Position numbers and translations under genes: made by a program
Shown here: one piece after another, positions 36,354-51,300 of the stretch
Position numbering within the stretch: position 1 is the stretch's first letter
Layout of the letters: the number at the start of each line of letters is the position of its first letter
Assembly (NCBI GenBank): GCA_965153355.1
Contig: OZ231126.1
Coordinates: 36,890,001 to 36,954,000 of the forward strand
Reading direction: 5' to 3'
Source: Flaccisagitta enflata
Taxonomy: Eukaryota
Length of the DNA stretch: 64,000 bases
Notes under the pieces: model-generated
Database searches by the model: none
What the model was told of the DNA's origin: nothing
Seen by the model: only the letters and a program-made list of their open reading frames with translations

Positions 36354-39300
36354 AAGGCGGGAGACAACACCCCTTGCGACCTCTTCTCGTCACAGGGTAG
36401 GAACTACTAAACAAAAGGTGTTATTGTGAACTCAGAGGTATAGTAGGGTGGTTAGGTTTTAGTAGGCCCCTAAGATGAAATGCTTAGGGATAGATCAAAA
36501 TGATTTTTGGACTGAGATGGATGGATAAGGGTGTAAAGACCTCAAATTTGGGTAGGATGAATTAAAAAAGCAAATTAGTCAAAAATAGGTGGAGTTTGCT
36601 TGTGGACAATATTGTGAGAAAACAAATTCATGGATTTTGATTTTTTTAGCCTAAATCCCTTCAGAGACATCCAATGAGCACTACCCAAGTACAGGACACC
36701 CCAGGAAAATTCATTTTTTCAACATATTGAAGTTAGATTTTTGGTTGTTGAGCCCTAAAAACGGTCATAAACGAGGATGTGGTGGTAGGTGTGGGTGGTA
36801 AACTGGTTCCTTTGGAGGCATTTCAGCCCCTAATTTTTTTCTTATCAAAGTACAATAGTCAAGGAGGGTATATACCAAAAATCAGCCAGGTGCTTGCATT
36901 TTTACAGTCGTGATGCGACTTTGAAAATCCTAAAAAATCCCTTTATATTTTAGACTCGGGTTATTGTCTCCCCCCTTATAAGAGTATCTTGCTAGTATCA
37001 GATTTGTAATTTTCAGCTTGTTTGTTAATTTTTTTGTTAGACTAGCATATAAACATGTAAACAAAATGAAAATACCCTAAAATCCTCCAAAAATACCTGA
37101 AATTTGAGAAAAATTCACTATAAAAACTCTCATTTTTGCTTAAAATGGACTATCGCCAAATAAGGTCAAAATGAGTGTTTTTCAAGCTATTTCTGACTTG
37201 TGTAGGCTATGATATACCTACTAAATGGCCCTGATTTGGTTTTTCACTATTCCAAAGTCTCATTTTTTCAGTTTTTTATTGTTCCAGAATAGTTTTTGAA
37301 AAAATGTGAGGTGCCCCCCTCTAATAAGGCGGGAGACAACACCCCTTGCGACCTCTTCTCGTCACAGGGTAGGAACTACTAAACAAAAGATGTTATTGTG
37401 AACTCAGAGGTATAGTAGGGTGGTTAGGTTTTAGTAGGCCCCTAAGATGAAATGCTTAGGGATAGATCAAAATGATTTTTGGACTGAGATGGATGGATAA
37501 GGGTGTAAAGACCTCAAATTTGGGTAGGATGAATTAAAAAAGCAAATTAGTCAAAAATAGGTGGAGTTTGCTTGTGGACAATATTGTGAGAAAACAAATT
37601 CATGGATTTTGATTTTTTAGCCTAAATCCCTTCAGAGACATCCAATGAGCACTACCCAAGTACAGGACACCCCAGGAAAATTCATTTTTTCAACATATTG
37701 AAGTTAGATTTTTGGTTGTTGAGCCCTAAACGGTCATAAACGAGGATGTGGTGGTAGGTGTGGGTGGTAAACTGGTTCCTTTGGAGGCATTTCAGCCCCT
37801 AATCTTTTTTTCTTATCAAAGTACAATAGTCAAGGAGGGTATATACCAAAAATCAGCCAGGTGCTTGCATTTTTACAGTCGTGATGCGACTTTGAAAATC
37901 CTAAAAAATCCCTTTATATTTTAGACTCGGGTTATTGTCTCCCCCCTTATAAGAGTATCTTGCTAGTATCAGATTTGTAATTTTCAGCTTGTTTGTTAAT
38001 TTTTTTTGTTAGACTAGCATATAAACATGTAAACAAAATGAAAATACCCTAAAATCCTCCAAAAATACCTGAAATTTGAGAAAAATTCACTATAAAAACT
38101 CTCATTTTTGCTTAAAATGGACTATCGCCAAATAAGGTCAAAATGAGTGTTTTTCAAGCTATTTCTGACTTGTGTAGGCTATGATATACCTACTAAATGG
38201 CCCTGATTTGGTTTTTCACTATTCCAAAGTCTCATTTTTTCAGTTTTTTATTGTTCCAGAATAGTTTTTGAAAAAATGTGAGGTGCCCCCCTCTAATAAG
38301 GCGGGAGACAACACCCCTTGCGACCTCTTCTCGTCACAGGGTAGGAACTACTAAACAAAAGATGTTATTGTGAACTCAGAGGTATAGTAGGGTGGTTAGG
38401 TTTTAGTAGGCCCCTAAGATGAAATGCTTAGGGATAGATCAAAATGATTTTTGGACTGAGATGGATGGATAAGGGTGTAAAGACCTCAAATTTGGGTAGG
38501 ATGAATTAAAAAAGCAAATTAGTCAAAAATAGGTGGAGTTTGCTTGTGGACAATATTGTGAGAAAACAAATTCATGGATTTTGATTTTTTTAGCCTAAAT
38601 CCCTTCAGAGACATCCAATGAGCACTACCCAAGTACAGGACACCCCAGGAAAATTCATTTTTTCAACATATTGAAGTTAGATTTTTGGTTGTTGAGCCCT
38701 AAAAACGGTCATAAACGAGGATGTGGTGGTAGGTGTGGGTGGTAAACTGGTTCCTTTGGAGGCATTTCAGCCCCTAATTTTTTTCTTATCAAAGTACAAT
38801 AGTCAAGGAGGGTATATACCAAAAATCAGCCAGGTGCTTGCATTTTTACAGTCGTGATGCGACTTTGAAAATCTAAAAAATCCCTTTATATTTTAGACTC
38901 GGGTTATTGTCTCCCCCCCTTATAAGAGTATCTTGCTAGTATCAGATTTGTAATTTTCAGCTTGTTTGTTAATTTTTTTGTTAGACTAGCATATAAACAT
39001 GTAAACAAAATGAAAATACCCTAAAATCCTCCAAAAATACCTGAAATTTGAGAAAAATTCACTATAAAAACTCTCATTTTTGCTTAAAATGGACTATCGC
39101 CAAATAAGGTCAAAATGAGTGTTTTTCAAGCTATTTCTGACTTGTGTAGGCTATGATATACCTACTAAATGGCCCTGATTTGGTTTTCACTATTCCAAAG
39201 TCTCATTTTTTCAGTTTTTTATTGTTCCAGAATAGTTTTTGAAAAAATGTGAGGTGCCCCCTCTAATAAGGCGGGAGACAACACCCCTTATGACCTCTTC

Positions 39301-42300
39301 TCGTCACAGGGTAGGAACTACTAAACAAAAGATGTTATTGTGAACTCAGAGGTATAGTAGGGTGGTTAGGTTTTAGTAGGCCCCTAAGATGAAATGCTTA
39401 GGGATAGATCAAAATGATTTTTGGACTGAGATGGATGGATAAGGGTGTAAAGACCTCAAATTTGGGTAGGATGAATTAAAAAAGCAAATTAGTCAAAAAT
39501 AGGTGGAGTTTGCTTGTGGACAATATTGTGAGAAAACAAATTCATGGATTTTGATTTTTTAGCCTAAATCCCTTCAGAGACATCCAATGAGCACTACCCA
39601 AGTACAGGACACCCCAGGAAAATTCATTTTTTCAACATATTGAAGTTAGATTTTTGGTTGTTGAGCCCTAAAAACGGTCATAACGAGGATGTGGTGGTAG
39701 GTGTGGGTGGTAAACTGGTTCCTTTGGAGGCATTTCAGCCCCTAATTTTTTTTCTTATCAAAGTACAATAGTCAAGGAGGGTATATACCAAAAATCAGCC
39801 AGGTGCTTGCATTTTTACAGTCGTGATGCGACTTTGAAAATCCTAAAAATCCCTTTATATTTTAGACTCGGGTTATTGTCTCCCCCTTATAAGAGTATCT
39901 TGCTAGTATCAGATTTGTAATTTTCAGCTTGTTTGTTAATTTTTTTTGTTAGACTAGCATATAAACATGTAAACAAAATGAAAATACCCTAAAATCCTCC
40001 AAAAATACCTGAAATTTGAGAAAAATTCACTATAAAAACTCTCATTTTTGCTTAAAATGGACTATCGCCAAATAAGGTCAAAATGAGTGTTTTCAAGCTA
40101 TTTCTGACTTGTGTAGGCTATGATATACCTACTAAATGGCCCTGATTTGGTTTTTCACTATTCCAAAGTCTCATTTTTTCAGTTTTTTATTGTTCCAGAA
40201 TAGTTTTTGAAAAAATGTGAGGTGCCCCCCTCTAATAAGGCGGGAGACAACACCCCTTGCGACCTCTTCTCGTCACAGGGTAGGAACTACTAAACAAAAG
40301 ATGTTATTGTGAACTCAGAGGTATAGTAGGGTGGTTAGGTTTTAGTAGGCCCCTAAGATGAAATGCTTAGGGATAGATCAAAATGATTTTTGGACTGAGA
40401 TGGATGGATAAGGGTGTAAAGACCTCAAATTTGGGTAGGATGAATTAAAAAAGCAAATTAGTCAAAAATAGGTGGAGTTTGCTTGTGGACAATATTGTGA
40501 GAAAACAAATTCATGGATTTTGATTTTTTAGCCTAAATCCCTTCAGAGACATCCAATGAGCACTACCCAAGTACAGGACACCCCAGGAAAATTCATTTTT
40601 TCAACATATTGAAGTTAGATTTTGGTTGTTGAGCCCTAAAAACGGTCATAAACGAGGATGTGGTGGTAGGTGTGGGTGGTAAACTGGTTCCTTTGGAGGC
40701 ATTTCAGCCCCTAATTTTTTTTTCTTATCAAAGTACAATAGTCAAGGAGGGTATATACCAAAAATCAGCCAGGTGCTTGCATTTTTACAGTCGTGATGCG
40801 ACTTTGAAAATCCTAAAAAATCCCTTTATATTTTAGACTCGGGTTATTGTCTCCCCCCTTATAAGAGTATCTTGCTAGTATCAGATTTGTAATTTTCAGC
40901 TTGTTTGTTAATTTTTTTTGTTAGACTAGCATATAAACATGTAAACAAAATGAAAATACCCTAAAATCCTCCAAAAATACCTGAAATTTGAGAAAAATTC
41001 ACTATAAAAACTCTCATTTTTGCTTAAAATGGACTATCGCCAAATAAGGTCAAAATGAGTGTTTTTCAAGCTATTTCTGACTTGTGTAGGCTATGATATA
41101 CCTACTAAATGGCCCTGATTTGGTTTTTCACTATTCCAAAGTCTCATTTTTTCAGTTTTTTATTGTTCCAGAATAGTTTTTGAAAAAATGTGAGGTGCCC
41201 CCCTCTAATAAGGCGGGAGACAACACCCCTTGCGACCTCTTCTCGTCACAGGGTAGGAACTACTAAACAAAAGATGTTATTGTGAACTCAGAGGTATAGT
41301 AGGGTGGTTAGGTTTTAGTAGGCCCCTAAGATGAAATGCTTAGGGATAGATCAAAATGATTTTTGGACTGAGATGGATGGATAAGGGTGTAAAGACCTCA
41401 AATTTGGGTAGGATGAATTAAAAAAGCAAATTAGTCAAAAATAGGTAGAGTTTGCTTGTGGACAATATTGTGAGAAAACAAATTCATGGATTTTGATTTT
41501 TTTAGCCTAAATCCCTTCAGAGACATCCAATGAGCACTACCCAAGTACAGGACACCCCAGGAAAATTCATTTTTTCAACATATTGAAGTTAGATTTTTGG
41601 TTGTTGAGCCCTAAAAAGGTCATAATCGAGGATGTGGTGGTAGGTGTGGGTGGTAAACTGGTTCCTTTGGAGGCATTTCAGCCCCTAATTTTTTTTTCTT
41701 ATCAAAGTACAATAGTCAAGGAGGGTATATACCAAAAATCAGCCAGGTGCTTGCATTTTTACAGTCGTGATGCGACTTTGAAAATCCTAAAAATCCCTTT
41801 ATATTTTAGACTCGGGTTATTGTCTCCCCCTTATAAGAGTATCTTGCTAGTATCAGATTTGTAATTTTCAGCTTGTTTGTTAATTTTTTTTGTTAGACTA
41901 GCATATAAACATGTAAACAAAATGAAAATACCCTAAAATCCTCCAAAAATACCTGAAATTTGAGAAAAATTCACTATAAAAACTCTCATTTTTGCTTAAA
42001 ATGGACTATCGCCAAATAAGGTCAAAATGAGTGTTTTTCAAGCTATTTCTGACTTGTGTAGGCTATGATATACCTACTAAATGGCCCTGATTTGGTTTTT
42101 CACTATTCCAAAGTCTCATTTTTTCAGTTTTTTATTGTTCCAGAATAGTTTTTGAAAAAATGTGAGGTGCCCCCCTCTAATAAGGCGGGAGACAACACCC
42201 CTTGCGACCTCTTCTCGTCACAGGGTAGGAACTACTAAACAAAAGATGTTATTGTGAACTCAGAGGTATAGTAGGGTGGTTAGGTTTTAGTAGGCCCCTA

Positions 42301-45300
42301 AGATGAAATGCTTAGGGATAGATCAAAATGATTTTGGACTGAGATGGATGGATAAGGGTGTAAAGACCTCAAATTTGGGTAGGATGAATTAAAAAAGCAA
42401 ATTAGTCAAAAATAGGTGGAGTTTGCTTGTGGACAATATTGTGAGAAAACAAATTCATGGATTTTGATTTTTTAGCCTAAATCCCTTCAGAGACATCCAA
42501 TGAGCACTACCCAAGTACAGGACACCCCAGGAAAATTCATTTTTTCAACATATTGAAGTTAGATTTTTGGTTGTTGAGCCCTAAAAACGGTCATAATCGA
42601 GGATGTGGTGGTAGGTGTGGGTGGTAAACTGGTTCCTTTGGAGGCATTTCAGCCCCTAATTTTTTTTTCTTATCAAAGTACAATAGTCAAGGAGGGTATA
42701 TACCAAAAATCAGCCAGGTGCTTGCATTTTTACAGTCGTGATGCGACTTTGAAAATCCTAAAAATCCCTTTATATTTTAGACTCGGGTTATTGTCTCCCC
42801 CCTTATAAGAGTATCTTGCTAGTATCAGATTTGTAATTTTCAGCTTGTTTGTTAATTTTTTTTGTTAGACTAGCATATAAACATGTAAACAAAATGAAAA
42901 TACCCTAAAATCCTCCAAAAATACCTGAAATTTGAGAAAAATTCACTATAAAAACTCTCATTTTTGCTTAAAATGGACTATCGCCAAATAAGGTCAAAAT
43001 GAGTGTTTTTCAAGCTATTTCTGACTTGTGTAGGCTATGATATACCTACTAAATGGCCCTGATTTGGTTTTTCACTATTCCAAAGTCTCATTTTTTCAGT
43101 TTTTTATTGTTCCAGAATAGTTTTTGAAAAAATGTGAGGTGCCCCCCTCTAATAAGGCGGGAGACAACACCCCTTGCGACCTCTTCTCGTCACAGGGTAG
43201 GAACTACTAAACAAAAGATGTTATTGTGAACTCAGAGGTATAGTAGGGTGGTTAGGTTTTAGTAGGCCCCTAAGATGAAATGCTTAGGGATAGATCAAAA
43301 TGATTTTTGGACTGAGATGGATGGATAAGGGTGTAAAGACCTCAAATTTGGGTAGGATGAATTAAAAAAGCAAATTAGTCAAAAATAGGTGGAGTTTGCT
43401 TGTGGACAATATTGTGAGAAAACAAATTCATGGATTTTGATTTTTTTAGCCTAAATCCCTTCAGAGACATCCAATGAGCACTACCCAAGTACAGGACACC
43501 CCAGGAAAATTCATTTTTTCAACATATTGAAGTTAGATTTTTGGTTGTTGAGCCCTAAAAACGGTCATAAACGAGGATGTGGTGGTAGGTGTGGGTGGTA
43601 AACTGGTTCCTTTGGAGGCATTTCAGCCCCTAATTTTTTTTTCTTATCAAAGTACAATAGTCAAGGAGGGTATATACCAAAAATCAGCCAGGTGCTTGCA
43701 TTTTTACAGTCGTGATGCGACTTTGAAAATCCTAAAAAATCCCTTTATATTTTAGACTCGGGTTATTGTCTCCCCCCTTATAAGAGTATCTTGCTAGTAT
43801 CAGATTTGTAATTTTCAGCTTGTTTGTTAATTTTTTTTGTTAGACTAGCATATAAACATGTAAACAAAATGAAAATACCCTAAAATCCTCCAAAAATACC
43901 TGAAATTTGAGAAAAATTCACTATAAAAACTCTCATTTTTGCTTAAAATGGACTATCGCCAAATAAGGTCAAAATGAGTGTTTTTCAAGCTATTTCTGAC
44001 TTGTGTAGGCTATGATATACCTACTAAATGGCCCTGATTTGGTTTTTCACTATTCCAAAGTCTCATTTTTTCAGTTTTTTATTGTTCCAGAATAGTTTTT
44101 GAAAAATGTGAGGTGCCCCCCTCTAATAAGGCGGGAGACAACACCCCTTGCGACCTCTTCTCGTCACAGGGTAGGAACTACTAAACAAAAGATGTTATTG
44201 TGAACTCAGAGGTATAGTAGGGTGGTTAGGTTTTAGTAGGCCCCTAAGATGAAATGCTTAGGGATAGATCAAAATGATTTTGGACTGAGATGGATGGATA
44301 AGGGTGTAAAGACCTCAAATTTGGGTAGGATGAATTAAAAAAGCAAATTAGTCAAAAATAGGTGGAGTTTGCTTGTGGACAATATTGTGAGAAAACAAAT
44401 TCATGGATTTTGATTTTTTAGCCTAAATCCCTTCAGAGACATCCAATGAGCACTACCCAAGTACAGGACACCCCAGGAAAATTCATTTTTTCAACGTATT
44501 GAAGTTAGATTTTTGGTTGTTGAGCCCTAAAAAGGTCATAATCGAGGATGTGGTGGTAGGTGTGGGTGGTAAACTGGTTCCTTTGGAGGCATTTCAGCCC
44601 CTAATCTTTTTTTCTTATCAAAGTACAATAGTCAAGGAGGGTATATACCAAAAATCAGCCAGGTGCTTGCATTTTTACAGTCGTGATGCGACTTTGAAAA
44701 TCCTAGAAAATCCCTTTATATTTTAGACTCGGGTTATTGTCTCCCCCCTTATAAGAGTATCTTGCTAGTATCAGATTTGTAATTTTCAGCTTGTTTGTTA
44801 ATTTTTTTTGTTAGACTAGCATATAAACATGTAAACAAAATGAAAATACCCTAAAATCCTCCAAAAATACCTGAAATTTGAGAAAAATTCACTATAAAAA
44901 CTCTCATTTTTGCTTAAAATGGACTATCGCCAAATAAGGTCAAAATGAGTGTTTTTCAAGCTATTTCTGACTTGTGTAGGCTATGATATACCTACTAAAT
45001 GGCCCTGATTTGGTTTTTCACTATTCCAAAGTCTCATTTTTTCAGTTTTTTATTGTTCCAGAATAGTTTTTGAAAAAATGTGAGGTGCCCCCCTCTAATA
45101 AGGCGGGAGACAACACCCCTTGCGACCTCTTCTCGTCACAGGGTAGGAACTACTAAACAAAAGATGTTATTGTGAGCTCAGAGGTATAGTAGGGTGGTTA
45201 GGTTTTAGTAGGCCCCTAAGATGAAATGCTTAGGGATAGATCAAAATGATTTTGGACTGAGATGGATGGATAAGGGTGTAAAGACCTCAAATTTGGGTAG

Positions 45301-48300
45301 GATGAATTAAAAAAGCAAATTAGTCAAAAATAGGTGGAGTTTGCTTGTGGACAATATTGTGAGAAAACAAATTCATGGATTTTGATTTTTTAGCCTAAAT
45401 CCCTTCAGAGACATCCAATGAGCACTACCCAAGTACAGGACACCCCAGGAAAATTCATTTTTTCAACATATTGAAGTTAGATTTTTGGTTGTTGAGCCCT
45501 AAAACGGTCATAAACGAGGATGTGGTGGTAGGTGTGGGTGGTAAACTGGTTCCTTTGGAGGCATTTCAGCCCCTAATTTTTTTCTTATCAAAGTACAATA
45601 GTCAAGGAGGGTATATACCAAAAATCAGCCAGGTGCTTGCATTTTTACAGTCGTGATGCGACTTTGAAAATCCTAAAAAATCCCTTTATATTTTAGACTC
45701 GGGTTATTGTCTCCCCCTTATAAGAGTATCTTGCTAGTATCAGATTTGTAATTTTCAGCTTGTTTGTTAATTTTTTTTGTTAGACTAGCATATAAACATG
45801 TAAACAAAATGAAAATACCCTAAAATCCTCCAAAAATACCTGAAATTTGAGAAAAATTCACTATAAAAACTCTCATTTTTGCTTAAAATGGACTATCGCC
45901 AAATAAGGTCAAAATGAGTGTTTTCAAGCTATTTCTGACTTGTGTAGGCTATGATATACCTACTAAATGGCCCTGATTTGGTTTTTCACTATTCAAAGTC
46001 TCATTTTTTCAGTTTTTTATTGTTCCAGAATAGTTTTTGAAAAAATGTGAGGTGCCCCCCTCTAATAAGGCGGGAGACAACACCCCTTGCGACCTCTTCT
46101 CGTCACAGGGTAGGAACTACTAAACAAAAGATGTTATTGTGAACTCAGAGGTATAGTAGGGTGGTTAGGTTTTAGTAGGCCCCTAAGATGAAATGCTTAG
46201 GGATAGATCAAAATGATTTTGGACTGAGATGGATGGATAAGGGTGTAAAGACCTCAAATTTGGGTAGGATGAATTAAAAAAGCAAATTAGTCAAAAATAG
46301 GTGGAGTTTGCTTGTGGACAATATTGTGAGAAAACAAATTCATGGATTTTGATTTTTTAGCCTAAATCCCTTCAGAGACATCCAATGAGCACTACCCAAG
46401 TACAGGACACCCCAGGAAAATTCATTTTTTCAACATATTGAAGTTAGATTTTTGGTTGTTGAGCCCTAAAAAGGTCATAATCGAGGATGTGGTGGTAGGT
46501 GTGGGTGGTAAACTGGTTCCTTTGGAGGCATTTCAGCCCCTAATTTTTTTTTCTTATCAAAGTACAATAGTCAAGGAGGGTATATACCAAAAATCAGCCA
46601 GGTGCTTGCATTTTTACAGTCGTGATGCGACTTTGAAAATCCTAAAAATCCCTTTATATTTTAGACTCGGGTTATTGTCTCCCCCTTATAAGAGTATCTT
46701 GCTAGTATCAGATTTGTAATTTTCAGCTTGTTTGTTAATTTTTTTTGTTAGACTAGCATATAAACATGTAAACAAAATGAAAATACCCTAAAATCCTCCA
46801 AAAATACCTGAAATTTGAGAAAAATTCACTATAAAAACTCTCATTTTTGCTTAAAATGGACTATCGCCAAATAAGGTCAAAATGAGTGTTTTTCAAGCTA
46901 TTTCTGACTTGTGTAGGCTATGATATACCTACTAAATGGCCCTGATTTGGTTTTTCACTATTCCAAAGTCTCATTTTTTCAGTTTTTTATTGTTCCAGAA
47001 TAGTTTTTGAAAAAATGTGAGGTGCCCCCCTCTAATAAGGCGGGAGACAACACCCCTTGCGACCTCTTCTCGTCACAGGGTAGGAACTACTAAACAAAAG
47101 ATGTTATTGTGAGCCCAGAGGTATAGTAGGGTGGTTAGGTTTTAGTAGGCCCCTAAGATGAAATGCTTAGGGATAGATCAAAATGATTTTTGGACTGAGA
47201 TGGATGGATAAGGGTGTAAAGACCTCAAATTTGGGTAGGATGAATTAAAAAAGCAAATTAGTCAAAAATAGGTGGAGTTTGCTTGTGGACAATATTGTGA
47301 GAAAACAAATTCATGGATTTTGATTTTTTAGCCTAAATCCCTTCAGGGACATCCAATGAGCACTACCCAAGTACAGGACACCCCAGGAAAATTCATTTTT
47401 TCAACGTATTGAAGTTAGATTTTTGGTTGTTGAGCCCTAAAAAGGTCATAATCGAGGATGTGGTGGTAGGTGTGGGTGGTAAACTGGTTCCTTTGGAGGC
47501 ATTTCAGCCCCTAATTTTTTTTCTTATCAAAGTACAATAGTCAAGGAGGGTATATACCAAAAATCAGCCAGGTGCTTGCATTTTTACAGTCGTGATGCGA
47601 CTTTGAAAATCCTAAAAAATCCCTTTATATTTTAGACTCGGGTTATTGTCTCCCCCCTTATAAGAGTATCTTGCTAGTATCAGATTTGTAATTTTCAGCT
47701 TGTTTGTTAATTTTTTTTGTTAGACTAGCATATAAACATGTAAACAAAATGAAAATACCCTAAAATCCTCCAAAAATACCTGAAATTTGAGAAAAATTCA
47801 CTATAAAAACTCTCATTTTTGCTTAAAATGGACTATCGCCAAATAAGGTCAAAATGAGTGTTTTTCAAGCTATTTCTGACTTGTGTAGGCTATGATATAC
47901 CTACTAAATGGCCCTGATTTGGTTTTCACTATTCCAAAGTCTCATTTTTTCAGTTTTTTATTGTTCCAGAATAGTTTTTGAAAAAATGTGAGGTGCCCCC
48001 CTCTAATAAGGCGGGAGACAACACCCCTTGCGACCTCTTCTCGTCACAGGGTAGGAACTACTAAACAAAAGATGTTATTGTGAACTCAGAGGTATAGTAG
48101 GGTGGTTAGGTTTTAGTAGGCCCCTAAGATGAAATGCTTAGGGATAGATCAAAATGATTTTGGACTGAGATGGATGGATAAGGGTGTAAAGACCTCAAAT
48201 TTGGGTAGGATGAATTAAAAAAGCAAATTAGTCAAAAATAGGTGGAGTTTGCTTGTGGACAATATTGTGAGAAAACAAATTCATGGATTTTGATTTTTTT

Positions 48301-51300
48301 AGCCTAAATCCCTTCAGAGACATCCAATGAGCACTACCCAAGTACAGGACACCCCAGGAAAATTCATTTTTTCAACATATTGAATTAGATTTTTGGTTGT
48401 TGAGCCCTAAAAAGGTCATAATCGAGGATGTGGTGGTAGGTGTGGGTGGTAAACTGGTTCCTTTGGAGGCATTTCAGCCCCTAATTTTTTTTTCTTATCA
48501 AAGTACAATAGTCAAGGAGGGTATATACCAAAAATCAGCCAGGTGCTTGCATTTTTACAGTCGTGATGCGACTTTGAAAATCCTAAAAATCCCTTTATAT
48601 TTTAGACTCGGGTTATTGTCTCCCCCCTTATAAGAGTATCTTGCTAGTATCAGATTTGTAATTTTCAGCTTGTTTGTTAATTTTTTTTGTTAGACTAGCA
48701 TATAAACATGTAAACAAAATGAAAATACCCTAAAATCCTCCAAAAATACCTGAAATTTGAGAAAAATTCACTATAAAAACTCTCATTTTTGCTTAAAATG
48801 GACTATCGCCAAATAAGGTCAAAATGAGTGTTTTTCAAGCTATTTCTGACTTGTGTAGGCTATGATATACCTACTAAATGGCCCTGATTTGGTTTTTCAC
48901 TATTCCAAAGTCTCATTTTTTCAGTTTTTTATTGTTCCAGAATAGTTTTTGAAAAAATGTGAGGTGCCCCCCTCTAATAAGGCGGGAGACAACACCCTTG
49001 CGACCTCTTCTCGTCACAGGGTAGGAACTACTAAACAAAAGATGTTATTGTGAACTCAGAGGTATAGTAGGGTGGTTAGGTTTAGTAGGCCCCTAAGATG
49101 AAATGCTTAGGGATAGATCAAAATGATTTTTGGACTGAGATGGATGGATAAGGGTGTAAAGACCTCAAATTTGGGTAGGATGAATTAAAAAAGCAAATTA
49201 GTCAAAAATAGGTGGAGTTTGCTTGTGGACAATATTGTGAGAAAACAAATTCATGGATTTTGATTTTTTTAGCCTAAATCCCTTCAGAGACATCCAATGA
49301 GCACTACCCAAGTACAGGACACCCCAGGAAAATTCATTTTTTCAACATATTGAAGTTAGATTTTTGGTTGTTGAGCCCTAAAAACGGTCATAAACGAGGA
49401 TGTGGTGGTAGGTGTGGGTGGTAAACTGGTTCCTTTGGAGGCATTTCAGCCCCTAATTTTTTTTTCTTATCAAAGTACAATAGTCAAGGAGGGTATATAC
49501 CAAAAATCAGCCAGGTGCTTGCATTTTTACAGTCGTGATGCGACTTTGAAAATCCTAAAAAATCCCTTTATATTTTAGACTCGGGTTATTGTCTCCCCCT
49601 TATAAGAGTATCTTGCTAGTATCAGATTTGTAATTTTCAGCTTGTTTGTTAATTTTTTTGTTAGACTAGCATATAAACATGTAAACAAAATGAAAATACC
49701 CTAAAATCCTCCAAAAATACCTGAAATTTGAGAAAAATTCACTATAAAAACTCTCATTTTTGCTTAAAATGGACTATCGCCAAATAAGGTCAAAATGAGT
49801 GTTTTTCAAGCTATTTCTGACTTGTGTAGGCTATGATATACCTACTAAATGGCCCTGATTTGGTTTTTCACTATTCCAAAGTCTCATTTTTTCAGTTTTT
49901 TATTGTTCCAGAATAGTTTTTGAAAAAATGTGAGGTGCCCCCCTCTAATAAGGCGGGAGACAACACCCCTTGCGACCTCTTCTCGTCACAGGGTAGGAAC
50001 TACTAAACAAAAGATGTTATTGTGAACCCAGAGGTATAGTAGGGTGGTTAGGTTTTAGTAGGCCCCTAAGATGAAATGCTTAGGGATAGATCAAAATGAT
50101 TTTGGACTGAGATGGATGGATAAGGGTGTAAAGACCTCAAATTTGGGTAGGATGAATTAAAAAAGCAAATTAGTCAAAAATAGGTGGAGTTTGCTTGTGG
50201 ACAATATTGTGAGAAAACAAATTCATGGATTTTGATTTTTTAGCCTAAATCCCTTCAGAGACATCCAATGAGCACTACCCAAGTACAGGACACCCCAGGA
50301 AAATTCATTTTTTCAACATATTGAAGTTAGATTTTTGGTTGTTGAGCCCTAAAAAGGTCATAAACGAGGATGTGGTGGTAGGTGTGGGTGGTAAACTGGT
50401 TCCTTTGGAGGCATTTCAGCCCCTAATTTTTTTTTCTTATCAAAGTACAATAGTCAAGGAGGGTATATACCAAAAATCAGCCAGGTGCTTGCATTTTTAC
50501 AGTCGTGATGCGACTTTGAAAATCCTAAAAAATCCCTTTATATTTTAGACTCGGGTTATTGTCTCCCCCTTATAAGAGTATCTTGCTAGTATCAGATTTG
50601 TAATTTTCAGCTTGTTTGTTAATTTTTTTGTTAGACTAGCATATAAACATGTAAACAAAATGAAAATACCCTAAAATCCTCCAAAAATACCTGAAATTTG
50701 AGAAAAATTCACTATAAAAACTCTCATTTTTGCTTAAAATGGACTATCGCCAAATAAGGTCAAAATGAGTGTTTTTCAAGCTATTTCTGACTTGTGTAGG
50801 CTATGATATACCTACTAAATGGCCCTGATTTGGTTTTTCACTATTCCAAAGTCTCATTTTTTCAGTTTTTTATTGTTCCAGAATAGTTTTTGAAAAAATG
50901 TGAGGTGCCCCCCTCTAATAAGGCGGGAGACAACACCCCTTGCGACCTCTTCTCGTCACAGGGTAGGAACTACTAAACAAAAGATGTTATTGTGAACTCA
51001 GAGGTATAGTAGGGTGGTTAGGTTTTAGTAGGCCCCTAAGATGAAATGCTTAGGGATAGATCAAAATGATTTTTGGACTGAGATGGATGGATAAGGGTGT
51101 AAAGACCTCAAATTTGGGTAGGATGAATTAAAAAAGCAAATTAGTCAAAAATAGGTGGAGTTTGCTTGTGGACAATATTGTGAGAAAACAAATTCATGGA
51201 TTTTGATTTTTTTAGCCTAAATCCCTTCAGAGACATCCAATGAGCACTACCCAAGTACAGGACACCCCAGGAAAATTCATTTTTTCAACATATTGAAGTT

